A stretch of 64,000 bases of DNA from Prochlorococcus sp. AG-679-M23 (GTDB lineage Bacteria > Cyanobacteriota > Cyanobacteriia > PCC-6307 > Cyanobiaceae). Below the pieces are notes generated by a model that was not told the origin of the DNA, did no database searches, and saw only the letters and a program-made list of their open reading frames with translations. The position numbers were made by a program, and so were the translations under genes. Location of the stretch: positions 64,001 to 128,000 of the forward strand of contig QCUR01000003.1 in assembly GCA_003208875.1 (NCBI GenBank). The letters run 5' to 3'. Below are positions 32,811 to 43,970 of this stretch, piece by piece (within the stretch, counting starts at the first letter, position 1; each line of letters begins with the position of its first letter).

Positions 32811-35800
32811 TATTTATTTTTTAATGCCTCAAATAAAGGGCCATATAATCTGAAAGATAAATCATCAAATTTATCATTTCCAAAAAAGAAGTCTCCTTCT
32901 TTTTTATTTCCAAAACACATTTGAATTACACTATTATCTCTTTCTCCTTTGGTAAATGTTTTATTCCCTATCCATTTATCAGAAAAAGCTTTTTTTTCAT
33001 TTTTCAATAGCTTTTTTGCTTCTACATATTTATATGTACTTTCTGGAGGGAGAGGTAAACATTTATCAGAGTAATTCTTAAAAATATTTATATATTCTTC
33101 TAATATTTTCTTTGATTGGAGTTGGCCTGGTGTTTGAAGAATTTCTGATTTATATTGATTTTCTTTTCTAAAAATTACTTTTGTCTTTGTTATCCTCTTT
33201 TCTAAAGAAGAAATAAAGAGTAACTTAATCCAAGCTTCTGACAAACTTTTCAAACTAAGTTTGGAATGAATCAATTCAATCACAACATTATCAGAAATGA
33301 AATATTCTTCTTTATTTGAATTTGATTTAACGTAAACTCTTTTTATATTTTTATCATTACTCAAATTTTCAACTAAACTTCCTAACAGATTTTGTATCTC
33401 TTTTTCTTTTGTAAAAATACTATTTCTTGGCGCAATAATTCCATTTTCAAGAAATTGTTCGTTTATATTTAAATTTTTTAATTCATCAATAATGTCATAA
33501 TTATCAATTTCTAGTTTCTGAATAACTTTAGTAACTAGTTTAAATTTCTGCAAATTACTTACATACTCTTCATCTGGATGATGATTAAATATTCCTTTAG
33601 GAGAAATATTCTTTTTATTGAGCCAATAAAGCTGAGGAGCTTTAAACCAATAAATCAATTCAGATAATTTAAAGTCTTTACATTTATAAATTTTTTCTTC
33701 CCAATCTATTTTATTTAATAAAGAATATTGACTTTTTAAAAAATTACTATTATTAGGATTATCAACTTCTTCTTTCTCATAATCAAAGTATTTGATTATG
33801 GACTTTCTTTGTTTTACAGATAAAAAGCTCTCTAAATAGTTTATTAGTTCCTTAATAGGGAAGGAAATATCTAATATTTTATTATCTTTATCATTATTAA
33901 CCCAAGAAACTATAAGTTGCTTTCTACAGGAAATTAATAACTCTAGGAAAAAGTATTTTTCTCTATCAAAAATAGATGGATCCCCAAGAAGGTATTTTTT
34001 AGTTAGCAAATTTATATTTTCATTACTAGATAATCTTGGATAATAAAAACTATTCATATTAAGTAGGAAAATAATCTTACGAGGAATTAGCCTAACCTTC
34101 TCAATATCACTAACTAATATCTTATTTATATAAGATTGATTTCTATAGTTAAGTTTATTTATACATGTAATTAATATTTCTCTAAAAACATTCAACACAA
34201 TTACTTGATCAGATGTTGAAGATATTAAATAATTATCAAGAATTCTATTTATTTCATATATATCTAAATTGAAATTCTCATTAAAATTTCTAATTTTTTT
34301 AAGTATAAATTTAATCTTTTTAACCCAATCTGAATAATTAAAAGATCCTCTTAGTAAATTAATATATTGTTTTAATTGAACTAAAATTTTAACCCATTTA
34401 TTCAAGTCCAAGCTTGAATTCTTAGGGGTAAATGATTTAAGGTTAGAATTATTTAAACTAAATTCTTCATCATAAACTAGACCTAAAGTAATTCTATTTA
34501 TACACCACTCTAAAGTATTTTTTTCTTCACCCAACCTTTCGTTAGTATCTAATCCCCAATGAAAACCAACTTCATTTAATATTAAAATAATTTCATTTTT
34601 CTCATCAATATCAAAATCAAAAATATTCTGATTAACTTTTTTAGAAAGGAAATATTCTATTTTTTCAAGCGTAATTTTCTCATTTGCTAATTCAATAATA
34701 TCAAGTAAGAAATTATATACATTTGAAGAATCCTCATAATTATCTTCAAGAAATAAATGAGGTAGCTTTTGTCCGTTTATTAATTCATTATTAAAAATAT
34801 ACTTAAGATAAGGTTTTATTAAACTAGTTTGAGGAGATACTATAGCGATATCACTGTATTTAACATCATCGCAAGCTTCTAATATTTCTATGACTTTATT
34901 TCTTACATACTCTAATTGACTTAATTGATTAAAATGCTCCCTAAAAATAATTGACTCATCCTTTTCATTTATCAAAAAATCATCTTGACTATTATCAATT
35001 AATCTTTTCTGAATTTGATTAATCAAAGGTATATCTTTCTCACTTGTAAAACTAAACGTTGGATCAATATATATTGAATTATTGTTTATTTTTATATTTT
35101 CAATATTAGAAGTTTCCTCAATTAATTTCTGATAATTAGCTCCAAATTTGCCAAAAATTTTTTCGATATTTGAACTATTTAAATTAAATTTGCTCTCAAT
35201 AGAACTAAAATCAACCTCTCCCTCAAGAGAATTTATTCTATTCCACAAATTATCTCCAGCAGAGAGTAAGTATAAATTAACCTTAGTAAATTCTGCTAAT
35301 TTAGAATAAAAGCTAACATGTAATCTTGATAAATTATTATCAGAAATAATATATATTTGTCTAGGTAATAGATTTTCTTCATTATGTATTTTTTTAATAT
35401 TATTTATTATGTCAATCATGAATAAACATGAAGGTTTCTCGGTCATTTTTTTCTCAAGTAATTTATATAAAATTGGTTGCCAATATTCATTTGAATTTAA
35501 ATTATTAAAAAGATTTCGTGAACTCAACTCATATCTATGCCAATTAGCTATCATCTCAGGCCTGAAAATTAAATACTCAATAAAATTATTTGCAATCTTT
35601 TTTGATAAGTTGTGAATATCCCCATCGATTAGCTTTTTATTATTTAAGTATTTATTAATCCAATTACTTAGCGGTAATGATTCTTTATAGCTGTTTAATT
35701 CCTCAAATGAATCTATAATTCCCCATTTTATTGAATCAAAATTCCATACTCCCATATTAATTGCAGGGAAAATTTTTGTTAATAATGCTTCGGTATAACT

Positions 35801-35995
35801 TGATATGGTCTTAAATTCATAGAGAGCACTTATTTGATTACTTATTGTTATTTGGTCCCACAACCACTTTCCTAAAAAATAATTAGGAACTGCTATATCT
35901 AGTTTTTCTGTTATTAAAGGGGGGCTAATTATTAATTCTTTTGCTAATAGCTCAGTAATAACTTCAATTTTGTTTGATTTATAAATATTAAGCAA
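32810..35995 (-). CDS. recC: Exodeoxyribonuclease V gamma subunit
   Basis: 1061 aa, N-terminal YKSNKIE, EYLIFRP; clustered with recB and recD. Confidence 0.88.
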   Translation of the reverse strand: MLNIYKSNKIEVITELLAKELIISPPLITEKLDIAVPNYFLGKWLWDQITISNQISALYEFKTISSYTEALLTKIFPAINMGVWNFDSIKWGIIDSFEELNSYKESLPLSNWINKYLNNKKLIDGDIHNLSKKIANNFIEYLIFRPEMIANWHRYELSSRNLFNNLNSNEYWQPILYKLLEKKMTEKPSCLFMIDIINNIKKIHNEENLLPRQIYIISDNNLSRLHVSFYSKLAEFTKVNLYLLSAGDNLWNRINSLEGEVDFSSIESKFNLNSSNIEKIFGKFGANYQKLIEETSNIENIKINNNSIYIDPTFSFTSEKDIPLINQIQKRLIDNSQDDFLINEKDESIIFREHFNQLSQLEYVRNKVIEILEACDDVKYSDIAIVSPQTSLIKPYLKYIFNNELINGQKLPHLFLEDNYEDSSNVYNFLLDIIELANEKITLEKIEYFLSKKVNQNIFDFDIDEKNEIILILNEVGFHWGLDTNERLGEEKNTLEWCINRITLGLVYDEEFSLNNSNLKSFTPKNSSLDLNKWVKILVQLKQYINLLRGSFNYSDWVKKIKFILKKIRNFNENFNLDIYEINRILDNYLISSTSDQVIVLNVFREILITCINKLNYRNQSYINKILVSDIEKVRLIPRKIIFLLNMNSFYYPRLSSNENINLLTKKYLLGDPSIFDREKYFFLELLISCRKQLIVSWVNNDKDNKILDISFPIKELINYLESFLSVKQRKSIIKYFDYEKEEVDNPNNSNFLKSQYSLLNKIDWEEKIYKCKDFKLSELIYWFKAPQLYWLNKKNISPKGIFNHHPDEEYVSNLQKFKLVTKVIQKLEIDNYDIIDELKNLNINEQFLENGIIAPRNSIFTKEKEIQNLLGSLVENLSNDKNIKRVYVKSNSNKEEYFISDNVVIELIHSKLSLKSLSEAWIKLLFISSLEKRITKTKVIFRKENQYKSEILQTPGQLQSKKILEEYINIFKNYSDKCLPLPPESTYKYVEAKKLLKNEKKAFSDKWIGNKTFTKGERDNSVIQMCFGNKKEGDFFFGNDKFDDLSFRLYGPLFEALKNK

Positions 35996-36012
35996 TTTTC
36001 TTTTATTCTTTT

Positions 36013-36330
36013 TTACTCAACTTTAAGAGGGTCATTAATTTCGCTATTAGGGCATTCAAATTCTCCTACAGCAACAAATTCTAAGCGAAGCTTTAAGAAT
36101 GTAATAAACTTTTTATCTGTAGAGATAACGGCGGCTGGAGTATTAGGGATTTTTTTAGATAAATCTAAAAATGCTGAAGATTTCAAAAAAGATGGATTCT
36201 TTAAAAGCCAAAAATCTATTTCCTTTTTGTTTTCTTTATAGTTTCGGATCCTTTCTTTTAAGATCTCTTCAAGAGGTTCTTCAACTGTTAAAAATTTTTC
36301 ACTTGCTGCAACGAAAAAATAAGTTGTCAT
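36013..36330 (-). CDS. ycf54: Mg-protoporphyrin monomethyl ester cyclase accessory protein Ycf54
   Basis: YFFVAASEKFLTVEEPLEEILKER, DFWL and FLKLRL motifs. Confidence 0.92.
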   Translation of the reverse strand: MTTYFFVAASEKFLTVEEPLEEILKERIRNYKENKKEIDFWLLKNPSFLKSSAFLDLSKKIPNTPAAVISTDKKFITFLKLRLEFVAVGEFECPNSEINDPLKVE

Positions 36331-36339
36331 TTTAAATAA

Positions 36340-37083
36340 TTAATTTATTGAAATTAGAGTCTTCATTTCGCGTACAGCTCTTTCTAGACCTACCGCTAAA
36401 GCCCTTGAAACAATACTATGTCCAATGTTTAACTCATTCATATTGTTAATTGATGCAATCTTTTTTACATTTTGATAATTCAGTCCATGCCCAGCATTAA
36501 CGACTAATCCAATATCTTCGGCATAATAAGAAGATTCAATAATTTTTTGAAGCTCTACATATTGATCTTGTCCTTTTAAATCAGCATATTTACCAGTATG
36601 TAATTCTATAAAATCAAATCCTATTTCTCCTGAAGAATTAATCTGATCATTTGCAGGATCTATAAATGCGCTTACTTCAATATTGGAACTTTTTAAACTA
36701 TTAACGTATTCTTTAAGGTATTTCTCATTATTTTTAACATCCAAACCACCTTCTGTAGTGATTTCTTTTCTTTTTTCTGGTACAAGTGTTACATAATCTG
36801 GAAGTAACTTTTTAGAAATTCTCAACATTTCTTCAGTCGCTGCCATTTCTAGATTAAGTTTGGTTTTAATAGTATCTTTCAAAAGATATATATCTCGATC
36901 TTGTATATGCCTTCTATCTTCTCTTAAGTGAACTGTTATGGAATCAGCACCGCCTAATTCTGCTAAAAAAGCGAATTGAACAGGATCTGGTTCTATAGTC
37001 TGCCTAGCCTGCCTGACATTTGCAATATGATCTATATTTACCCCTAAAGTTGCCATAAATTGATAACTCTTTGATTTAGACAA
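36340..37083 (-). CDS. pdxJ: Pyridoxine 5'-phosphate synthase
   Basis: LGVNIDHIA, HLREDRRHI, NAGHGL, ELNIGH; likely start ATG at 37056. Confidence 0.96.
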   Translation of the reverse strand: MSKSKSYQFMATLGVNIDHIANVRQARQTIEPDPVQFAFLAELGGADSITVHLREDRRHIQDRDIYLLKDTIKTKLNLEMAATEEMLRISKKLLPDYVTLVPEKRKEITTEGGLDVKNNEKYLKEYVNSLKSSNIEVSAFIDPANDQINSSGEIGFDFIELHTGKYADLKGQDQYVELQKIIESSYYAEDIGLVVNAGHGLNYQNVKKIASINNMNELNIGHSIVSRALAVGLERAVREMKTLISIN

Positions 37084-37149
37084 TTTACTAACAGCCTAAT
37101 CCTAGCTAATAAAAAATTACAATCCTATAATTTATTAATATAAAGTAAA

Positions 37150-37830
37150 TTGAATTTGAAAAATAAAACTAATAATATTTGCCATGAAATTAACCCTTTT
37201 TTGGGCCTTATTGCAATGTTTATAACCCAAGATATTGTTATGAAAATATTTTTTAAAAAAAAGAAAATAATTAATAATAAGTTTCTAATTCCCTATAACA
37301 GTTCGGTTATTTTAGCCCCAACCCATAGATCGAGGTGGGATGGATTAATTCTTACTATGGCGATGGGTAGGAGAGTTACCAAAAAGGATTGTAGATTTAT
37401 GGTCACAAAATCTGAGATGAATGGAATTCAGGGTTGGTTTTTAAGAAGACTTGGTTGTTTTTCAATAAATCAATCATCTCCCTCTCTTGCTGTCTTGCGA
37501 TATGCTGTAAATCTAATCGTCAAAAAAAGGCAGTTAGTTGTTTTTCCAGAAGGAAAAATTAATAAATATGGAAAAAAAATTGTCCTAAAAGAAGGACTCT
37601 TTAGATTAGCCAGATTAGCAAGAAAAAAGGCAAAATCTATAACTATAATTCCTATCGGAATAGCTTACAGTGAGGTAAATCCAAAGTTTAGAAGTAATGT
37701 TTCTTTATGTTTTGGGGAGCCTTTAATTATTAGTGAAAATATAAACTTTTCTATAAATGAATTTAATGAAATATTGCACGAAAAAATGACCGCAGCAGAA
37801 AACAAAGCATTAAAAATAGTCGGTCGATGA
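37150..37830 (+). CDS. Lysophospholipid acyltransferase (PlsC-like)
   Basis: HRSRWD (HX4D) and FPEG motifs. Confidence 0.85.
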   Translation: MNLKNKTNNICHEINPFLGLIAMFITQDIVMKIFFKKKKIINNKFLIPYNSSVILAPTHRSRWDGLILTMAMGRRVTKKDCRFMVTKSEMNGIQGWFLRRLGCFSINQSSPSLAVLRYAVNLIVKKRQLVVFPEGKINKYGKKIVLKEGLFRLARLARKKAKSITIIPIGIAYSEVNPKFRSNVSLCFGEPLIISENINFSINEFNEILHEKMTAAENKALKIVGR

Positions 37831-38390
37831 TTCCATTATCAGTTAGTATTGAAATTAACAAATACGACAACATGAGAGTCTTAAAGTTAATTCCGATTAT
37901 TTTTATATCTTTAGGAATATTTTCCCCTGCTAATACTGTTTATGCAGATAGCGATGATCCAAATAATTATAAAATTCTTTCAAGTACTAATAAAAAACTT
38001 TCAATTACAAACGTACAAGCCTTCTTAAGAGAAGGAGATAATCTAATAAAATCTGGTGATTTTGATAAAGCTAAAGATTCTTTTGACAAAGCAAGAAATT
38101 TAGCAAAACAACTAGCAGGATTTTACGGGGATTTAAATGGTTCGTTTCAAGGGTTAGATGCAAGGATCCCAAGAGAGATGGCAGAAAAAGGTAAGAAGTC
38201 ATTACAAATTTGGGCAGAATCAAATGGAAGATTAGCTTCGGTATATAAAAGTAAAAATCAACCTGAAGTCGCTGTACCTTTACTTGTAGAAATAATCAGG
38301 TTAATGTCACCTACTAGCCCAGAAGGTAAAGAAGCTTATAAAGATTTGGTTCAACTTGGTTTTGTTGAAACGCCCTACAAAGGATTATAG
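37827..38390 (+). CDS. Conserved hypothetical exported helical protein
   Basis: Signal peptide (likely start 37872), TPR-like helices. Confidence 0.7.
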   Translation: MIPLSVSIEINKYDNMRVLKLIPIIFISLGIFSPANTVYADSDDPNNYKILSSTNKKLSITNVQAFLREGDNLIKSGDFDKAKDSFDKARNLAKQLAGFYGDLNGSFQGLDARIPREMAEKGKKSLQIWAESNGRLASVYKSKNQPEVAVPLLVEIIRLMSPTSPEGKEAYKDLVQLGFVETPYKGL

Positions 38391-38399
38391 GAATAAATA

Positions 38400-38630
38400 A
38401 TGGCTACTAAAAGTGAAGTAATTAACTTAATAAAGCAAAAAATAGTTGATTCTGAAGTTTATGTTGAGAATCTAAAAGGTAATGATCATTTGCAAGTAAC
38501 TGTAATTTCATCTGAATTTAATGGATTATCATTAGTTAAGCAACATCAACTAGTCTATTCTGCACTAAAAGAAGAATTAGCTTCAGAGGCTATCCATGCG
38601 TTAGCACTAAAAACAGAAACCCCTAATTAA
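38400..38630 (+). CDS. bolA: BolA family protein
   Basis: DHLQVTVIS, FNGLSLVKQHQLVY, IHALALKT; adjacent to monothiol glutaredoxin. Confidence 0.92.
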   Translation: MATKSEVINLIKQKIVDSEVYVENLKGNDHLQVTVISSEFNGLSLVKQHQLVYSALKEELASEAIHALALKTETPN

Positions 38631-38633
38631 ATT

Positions 38634-38957
38634 ATGGAAAACACTACTAAAAATAAAATTCAAAATCTTATCGACTCTAATCCAGTTATGGTCTTTATGA
38701 AAGGAAATAAATTAATGCCTCAATGTGGGTTTTCTAATAATGTAGTACAAATTCTTAATTCACTTGGAGTGGCATTTAATACATTTGATGTCTTAAGTGA
38801 TTTTGAAATAAGGGAAGGTATTAAAGAGTACTCGGAATGGCCAACAATTCCTCAAGTTTATTTAAAAGGAGAATTCTTAGGTGGTTCAGATATTCTGATC
38901 GAGATGTATAACTCAGGAACATTAAAAGAAAAGATCGAGATTGCATTAGCTTCTTAA
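38634..38957 (+). CDS. grxD: Monothiol glutaredoxin (Grx4 family)
   Basis: PQCGFS active site, WPTIPQ, GGSD. Confidence 0.94.
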   Translation: MENTTKNKIQNLIDSNPVMVFMKGNKLMPQCGFSNNVVQILNSLGVAFNTFDVLSDFEIREGIKEYSEWPTIPQVYLKGEFLGGSDILIEMYNSGTLKEKIEIALAS

Positions 38958-39006
38958 AATATTTACTAAGTATAAATACTAAATTTAGTTAATAAAAATT
39001 AATATT

Positions 39007-39276
39007 TTAAATCTTTTTTTTATCAAAAAAACCTTTATTTTCATCGCCATCTGGATTTATAAAACTGGACGGATCTAATATCCATCTATCAATTAATCTT
39101 TCTAATTTCTCTTGATCTTTTAGCTCTAAACTGTTGCAATTCCTTAAGGCTTGGAGATAACCATCACTATATAATTTCAAGTCTGAGGGTGTATGAAATC
39201 TAGTTACTAGGTCTTGGCAACTATCGCATATTGATTGAAAATGGCGAATTGCTACTGGATTTTCAAATGATGTCAT
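39007..39276 (-). CDS. Conserved cyanobacterial hypothetical protein
   Basis: 89-aa ORF (AIRHFQSICD, LYSDGYLQALR) divergent from the response regulator. Confidence 0.75.
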   Translation of the reverse strand: MTSFENPVAIRHFQSICDSCQDLVTRFHTPSDLKLYSDGYLQALRNCNSLELKDQEKLERLIDRWILDPSSFINPDGDENKGFFDKKKI

Positions 39277-39362
39277 AATTTGATAGATTCTGATTTTTAT
39301 TTAGCATTTGTTATACCTTATTAAGGATGATTAAAAATTGCCTGGCCAAACAGTAATTAAGA

Positions 39363-40100
39363 ATGCAATCAACTGAGCAAATCTTAGCTTCAGCTCCTGG
39401 CAGCTCCCAATTGCCTTCGACCTCTCAAACACCTTCGAGAGTTCTTGTTGTTGAACCTCACCCCACACTAAGAACAGTCTTAGTACAAAGACTTCGTCAA
39501 GACGGTCATTTAGCAGCCGCCGTAGGATCTGCTGTTGAAGCTGTTGACTTATGCAGAGAGCAGTCTCCTGACTTACTTGTCAGTGCCGAGATATTAGAAC
39601 AAAATACTGCAATGAGGTTAGCTCAGCAATTGGGTTGCTCAGTTATTGTTCTAACAGCGAGATCTGGGGTAGAACCATTAGTTAGCTTATTGGATGAGGG
39701 GGCTGATGATGTTCTAAGAAAACCTTTTGGATTAGAGGAATTAGCCGCAAGATGCAGAACTCTACTAAAGAGGGGTCGTATAGGTTTACAGGAGAAAGTT
39801 GCAGTAGGTCCTTTAGAAGTTCATTTACTTTTAAGGCAAGTAACTTTAAGCGAGAAGCCCGTAGAATTGAGCCCTAGAGAGTTTGCTTTGCTTTGTGCTT
39901 TACTTATGCCTCCTGGTATGGTCCGAAGTCGCCAAGAGCTTCTAAGATTGGCATGGCCGCCATTTAGCGGAGGACCAAGATCTGTAGATACTCAAGTTCT
40001 GACATTGCGTAGAAAACTAGAGCAAGCAGGATTAGGAGAAGGAGGAGGCATTACAACAGTTCGACAGCAAGGATATAGATTTAGTATTGATAATATTTAA
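39363..40100 (+). CDS. OmpR-family response regulator with atypical receiver
   Basis: Receiver (LTAR, GADDVLRKPF) plus winged helix (LSPREFALL, RSVDTQVLTLRRKL, GYRF). Confidence 0.9.
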   Translation: MQSTEQILASAPGSSQLPSTSQTPSRVLVVEPHPTLRTVLVQRLRQDGHLAAAVGSAVEAVDLCREQSPDLLVSAEILEQNTAMRLAQQLGCSVIVLTARSGVEPLVSLLDEGADDVLRKPFGLEELAARCRTLLKRGRIGLQEKVAVGPLEVHLLLRQVTLSEKPVELSPREFALLCALLMPPGMVRSRQELLRLAWPPFSGGPRSVDTQVLTLRRKLEQAGLGEGGGITTVRQQGYRFSIDNI

Positions 40101-40603
40101 ATTGTAAAAGCTATTATTTCGCCCATAAACATCAATATTGACAAGTAAGTTAGTATTTTATATGTCCATAAGGGTGAAATGTATGATAATTTATCGATAT
40201 TTAATTTTGTCTTATCCTCAATTATAAATACAAACCTTTCAAAATTTTCAACCCTTTGCGGAACAAGATAACTTTCACTTTTATTACTAATAAAATAATG
40301 TACATTACTTCCTTGGCTGGTTGGCAAAGATTTAATAAATTTAATATCTTTCCACAAAATTTCCCAATCTTTTTTTCCAAATATTTTAGAAATAAAGCTT
40401 GTTTTATAAGAAATTTTTTTATCACAGGTATCCACATAATCATTTGTAATATTGATAATCAAAAGTAAACCAAAGGCAAAAGTTATTATTGAGAATATTT
40501 TTAAATTTTCACTTGAAATAAATGGGATAGGAAATGTGAGTGCTAAATATAGTGAAATCAAAGAACTTTTAACAAAAAAAAGAGTTTTGAATTTTTCTGC
40601 CAT
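40097..40603 (-). CDS. Hypothetical membrane protein
   Basis: 168 aa with three hydrophobic segments. Confidence 0.7.
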   Translation of the reverse strand: MAEKFKTLFFVKSSLISLYLALTFPIPFISSENLKIFSIITFAFGLLLIINITNDYVDTCDKKISYKTSFISKIFGKKDWEILWKDIKFIKSLPTSQGSNVHYFISNKSESYLVPQRVENFERFVFIIEDKTKLNIDKLSYISPLWTYKILTYLSILMFMGEIIAFTI

Positions 40604-40616
40604 CTGATTTATCTTT

Positions 40617-42173
40617 TTAGTCTGGTAAATTAAAACTATTTATATTTAATTTTGATCCAATTTTATGAGCGCAAGCATAACCACTAAAAGCAACTGCATT
40701 AAGACCTTGTCCTGGAAAACATGAATCTCCAACGCAATAAAGGTTTTTAATTTTTGTAGTATTAAATGGCATAGGAAGTAATCCAAGCAATTTTTTATTA
40801 GGAATTGGTCCATAACTGCCTTCGAATCTTCCAAGAAATTTTCTATGGGTTCTTGGAGTGCCTATCTCTTTATGATCAATATTTTGATCTAATTTAGGAA
40901 TTATTTTAGAAATTTTTTCTATAAGAAATGAATAATAAACTTGCTTCTTTTTAAGATAATCTTCTCGTGAGAGGTTCTCCCATTCTTCGATTGATGAAGG
41001 AGTAAATGCATGGATAATATGTTTACCTTCTGGAGCTAAGGACGGATCTAGTAATGTAGGTATAGAGATGAAAATCACCCCTTTTTCATTTTCTAATTCG
41101 TCCCAATTCTCAACAATTATATGATGACAATTAAAGTCTTTATTTATTAAATCTTTTATAACTCCAAGATGAATTGAGACGAAAGATGGAGAAGGCTTAT
41201 AAGTTTCAGACCACTTATTTTCACTTTTTGGTACTTGATCACTTTTAATTAATCCTTTTTTAAGATGATTAAGCCCAAAAGTATCCCATCTTGTAGAATT
41301 GGATACAACAATATTTGAGTAAATTTCTTCTCCATTTAAAAGCTTTACTCCTACTGCCTTTCCATCTTTTAATAGTATTTCAGTCACATTAGCTCTATAA
41401 CGTATTTTACTTCCAAGTCTTTCCAACCCAGAAACTAATTTTTCTGCAATCTTGCCAACACCACCTTTTGGATAATTAATTCCTCCAGCATGTCTATCAG
41501 TAAAAACCATTCCAGCATTGATCATAGGAGTTTTAAGGGCAGGCATTACTGACCAACAAAAACACTCAATATCAATAAATTTTAAAAGTTCAGGATCCTT
41601 AATAAACTTTCTTGCAACATCTCCTGCATTTATTGGAAGCCATCTAGCCAAACCTAAGCAGGATAATGGCGCTTTAAAGAATACCTTAAAAAGATAACTA
41701 GGATCCTCTATTGATAATAAAGGCATGGAATCTAAACAATTAAAAACCTTTTTACAAGTTCCATAAAACTTACTTATACCCTCCTTCTCATCAGGAAAAC
41801 GTGCTGATAATTTACTAATAAATTTTTGATAACTTTTATCTACAGAAATACTAAGTTTATTTGGGAGATGATATTCAAGTTGAACGGGATCAGGAATAGT
41901 TTCACATTTCTCATTTACATCTTTTAAAGCACGAGTTAACAAATTTGTATAACCTTTCTCTCCAAACCCAAAAATCATTGAAGCGCCAACATCGAAAGTA
42001 TAACCCTTTCTTTTAAATGAACCTCCACTTCCCCCTGGAATAATATATTTTTCAAGAACGAGTACTTTGGCTCCCTTAGCAGCTAATTGTGATGCTGTTA
42101 CTAAACCTCCTATACCTGAACCAACAATAATTACATCGAAATTTTCTTTATTTGATTTCATTTTTGATTTCAT
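40617..42173 (-). CDS. crtH: Carotenoid isomerase
   Basis: GSGIGG FAD motif, FDVGASMIFG, GGINYPKGG, GDSCFPGQGLNAVAFSG. Confidence 0.93.
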   Translation of the reverse strand: MKSKMKSNKENFDVIIVGSGIGGLVTASQLAAKGAKVLVLEKYIIPGGSGGSFKRKGYTFDVGASMIFGFGEKGYTNLLTRALKDVNEKCETIPDPVQLEYHLPNKLSISVDKSYQKFISKLSARFPDEKEGISKFYGTCKKVFNCLDSMPLLSIEDPSYLFKVFFKAPLSCLGLARWLPINAGDVARKFIKDPELLKFIDIECFCWSVMPALKTPMINAGMVFTDRHAGGINYPKGGVGKIAEKLVSGLERLGSKIRYRANVTEILLKDGKAVGVKLLNGEEIYSNIVVSNSTRWDTFGLNHLKKGLIKSDQVPKSENKWSETYKPSPSFVSIHLGVIKDLINKDFNCHHIIVENWDELENEKGVIFISIPTLLDPSLAPEGKHIIHAFTPSSIEEWENLSREDYLKKKQVYYSFLIEKISKIIPKLDQNIDHKEIGTPRTHRKFLGRFEGSYGPIPNKKLLGLLPMPFNTTKIKNLYCVGDSCFPGQGLNAVAFSGYACAHKIGSKLNINSFNLPD

Positions 42174-42185
42174 GAATAATTTATT

Positions 42186-43598
42186 TTAATTAATCTCAAC
42201 AAGTAATTGATCATTTTTAAAAGATGCATCTAATACTTTTTTAAATAATTGCAATTCCTTTAGCGACCTTTCTTGATATGCCTTATATCTTAATTTTTTA
42301 TCTTTTATTTTATTAGTTAATTCTGGGACTAAACCAAATGAAGCAGGCATTGGTTGAAATTTATTTTTTTTCTGATTAGACATGATTTCATTTCTATTAC
42401 TAATGAAGTTTATTAGAGACCCAATCATTGATTCGTTTGGAAAAGTCACTAGACTTTTATTTTTGGCTAACAAGGAGGCGTTTATTCCAGCCAACAAACC
42501 TCCAGCAGTAGCAGCGGCATATCCCTCTGTGCCTGTTATTTGACCAGCGGCAAAAAGAGTTTCTCTTTTCAAAAATTGTAGTGTTGGCAGAAGTAATTTA
42601 GGGGATTCTAAAAATGTATTTCTATGCATTACTCCAAAGCGTGCAAACTCAGCTTTTTCTAGGCCTGGTATCATCCTAAATATTCTTTTTTGCTCTGACC
42701 ATTTGAGATTAGTTTGAAAACCAACCATGTTTAGTAATTTACCTTCAAGATCCTCCTTTCTTAATTGAACAATTGCATGAGGTCTTTTTTTTAATCTATT
42801 TTCCCTATCAAATAAATCCCCCCAATCTGGATTCCATAAGCCAATAGATTTCAAAGGTCCATATCTCATCGTTTCAATGCCCCTTCTAGCTATTTCCTCT
42901 ATAGGTAAGCAACCTTCATAAAAATTTGCAGATTCTTTATCGAAATCTTTTAAAGTGGCTTGTTCTCCATTTATCAATGCATTTCTAAAATTTAAATACT
43001 CCAATTTATCAATTGGACAATTTAAATATGCTGGATCTCCTTTATCGTATCTACTTGCCTTAAACACAATTTCATGATCGATAGTCTCGCCATAAATAAT
43101 TGGACTTGCTGCATCAAAAAAATGACAAGAATCTAAACCAGTAAAGTTTTTTATTTTATTAGCTAATTCATTTGAAGTTAATGGTCCTGTTGCAATTACA
43201 GTAATATTTTTTTTATCTGGTAGATCAAGTTGTTCAATCCTGCTTATTTCCACAAGAGGATGAGCAGATAATGTTTGTGTTAATGATTTACTAAATTTGG
43301 ATCTGTCAACAGCTAAAGCCCCCCCAGCGGGCACAGAAAATTTATCAGCTGTTTGTATTATCAAAGAGTTAAAAGTTCTTAATTCTTCTTGAAGTAGACC
43401 TGCAGCCCTGTCAGGGCTCAGAGCTCCAAAACTGTTACTGCAAACTAATTCCGCAAATTCATTCGTATGGTGGGCTGGAGTTGAATGAAGGGGTCTCATC
43501 TCAACAAGTTTTACTGCTATACCTGAATTAGCTATCTGCCAAGCCGCTTCACAGCCAGCTAGTCCTGCACCTATTACTATTACTTCTTTATCTATCAA
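42186..43598 (-). CDS. trmFO: tRNA (uracil-54) methyltransferase TrmFO
   Basis: [40 protein letters not shown]. Confidence 0.96.
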   Translation of the reverse strand: MIDKEVIVIGAGLAGCEAAWQIANSGIAVKLVEMRPLHSTPAHHTNEFAELVCSNSFGALSPDRAAGLLQEELRTFNSLIIQTADKFSVPAGGALAVDRSKFSKSLTQTLSAHPLVEISRIEQLDLPDKKNITVIATGPLTSNELANKIKNFTGLDSCHFFDAASPIIYGETIDHEIVFKASRYDKGDPAYLNCPIDKLEYLNFRNALINGEQATLKDFDKESANFYEGCLPIEEIARRGIETMRYGPLKSIGLWNPDWGDLFDRENRLKKRPHAIVQLRKEDLEGKLLNMVGFQTNLKWSEQKRIFRMIPGLEKAEFARFGVMHRNTFLESPKLLLPTLQFLKRETLFAAGQITGTEGYAAATAGGLLAGINASLLAKNKSLVTFPNESMIGSLINFISNRNEIMSNQKKNKFQPMPASFGLVPELTNKIKDKKLRYKAYQERSLKELQLFKKVLDASFKNDQLLVEIN

Positions 43599-43604
43599 AT
43601 CAAA

Positions 43605-43721
43605 TTAATCCTTTCCCAAAAAGTCTCTATTAAATTGTTCTCTTGCAGGTTTTTGGATATTAAATACAACCCAAGCTAAAGCGGCAATAATTGGGGCGAA
43701 AACTACAATGGCTCTTAACAT
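43605..43721 (-). CDS. psbY: Photosystem II protein Y
   Basis: Hand-translated [38 protein letters not shown] (38 aa), PsbY pattern P..A..W..FNI..PA..Q. Confidence 0.9.
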
Positions 43722-43898
43722 GTTTAAAAACTTAGTTATTTATATAATACTTTACCTATCAATTGCAAATAAAGAGAGCAATTTAAAGTTTTGATGTTAT
43801 AACGTAAAAAATTGTATTTCAATTGTTCAACTTAGGATATAAAGTTGTTTTTTTTACCTTAAAAAGGGATAATTTCATATGTACTCAATTTTACAAAT

Positions 43899-43970
43899 GG
43901 GTCGCTAGCTCAGCGGTAGAGCATCCGGCTTTTAACCGGCTGGTCCTGAGTTCGAATCTCAGGCGACCCA
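43899..43970 (+). tRNA. tRNA-Lys (UUU)
   Basis: GGGTCGCTAGCTCAGCGGTAGAGCATCCGG-CTTTTAA-CCGGCTGGTCCTGAGTTCGAATCTCAGGCGACCCA. Confidence 0.97.
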
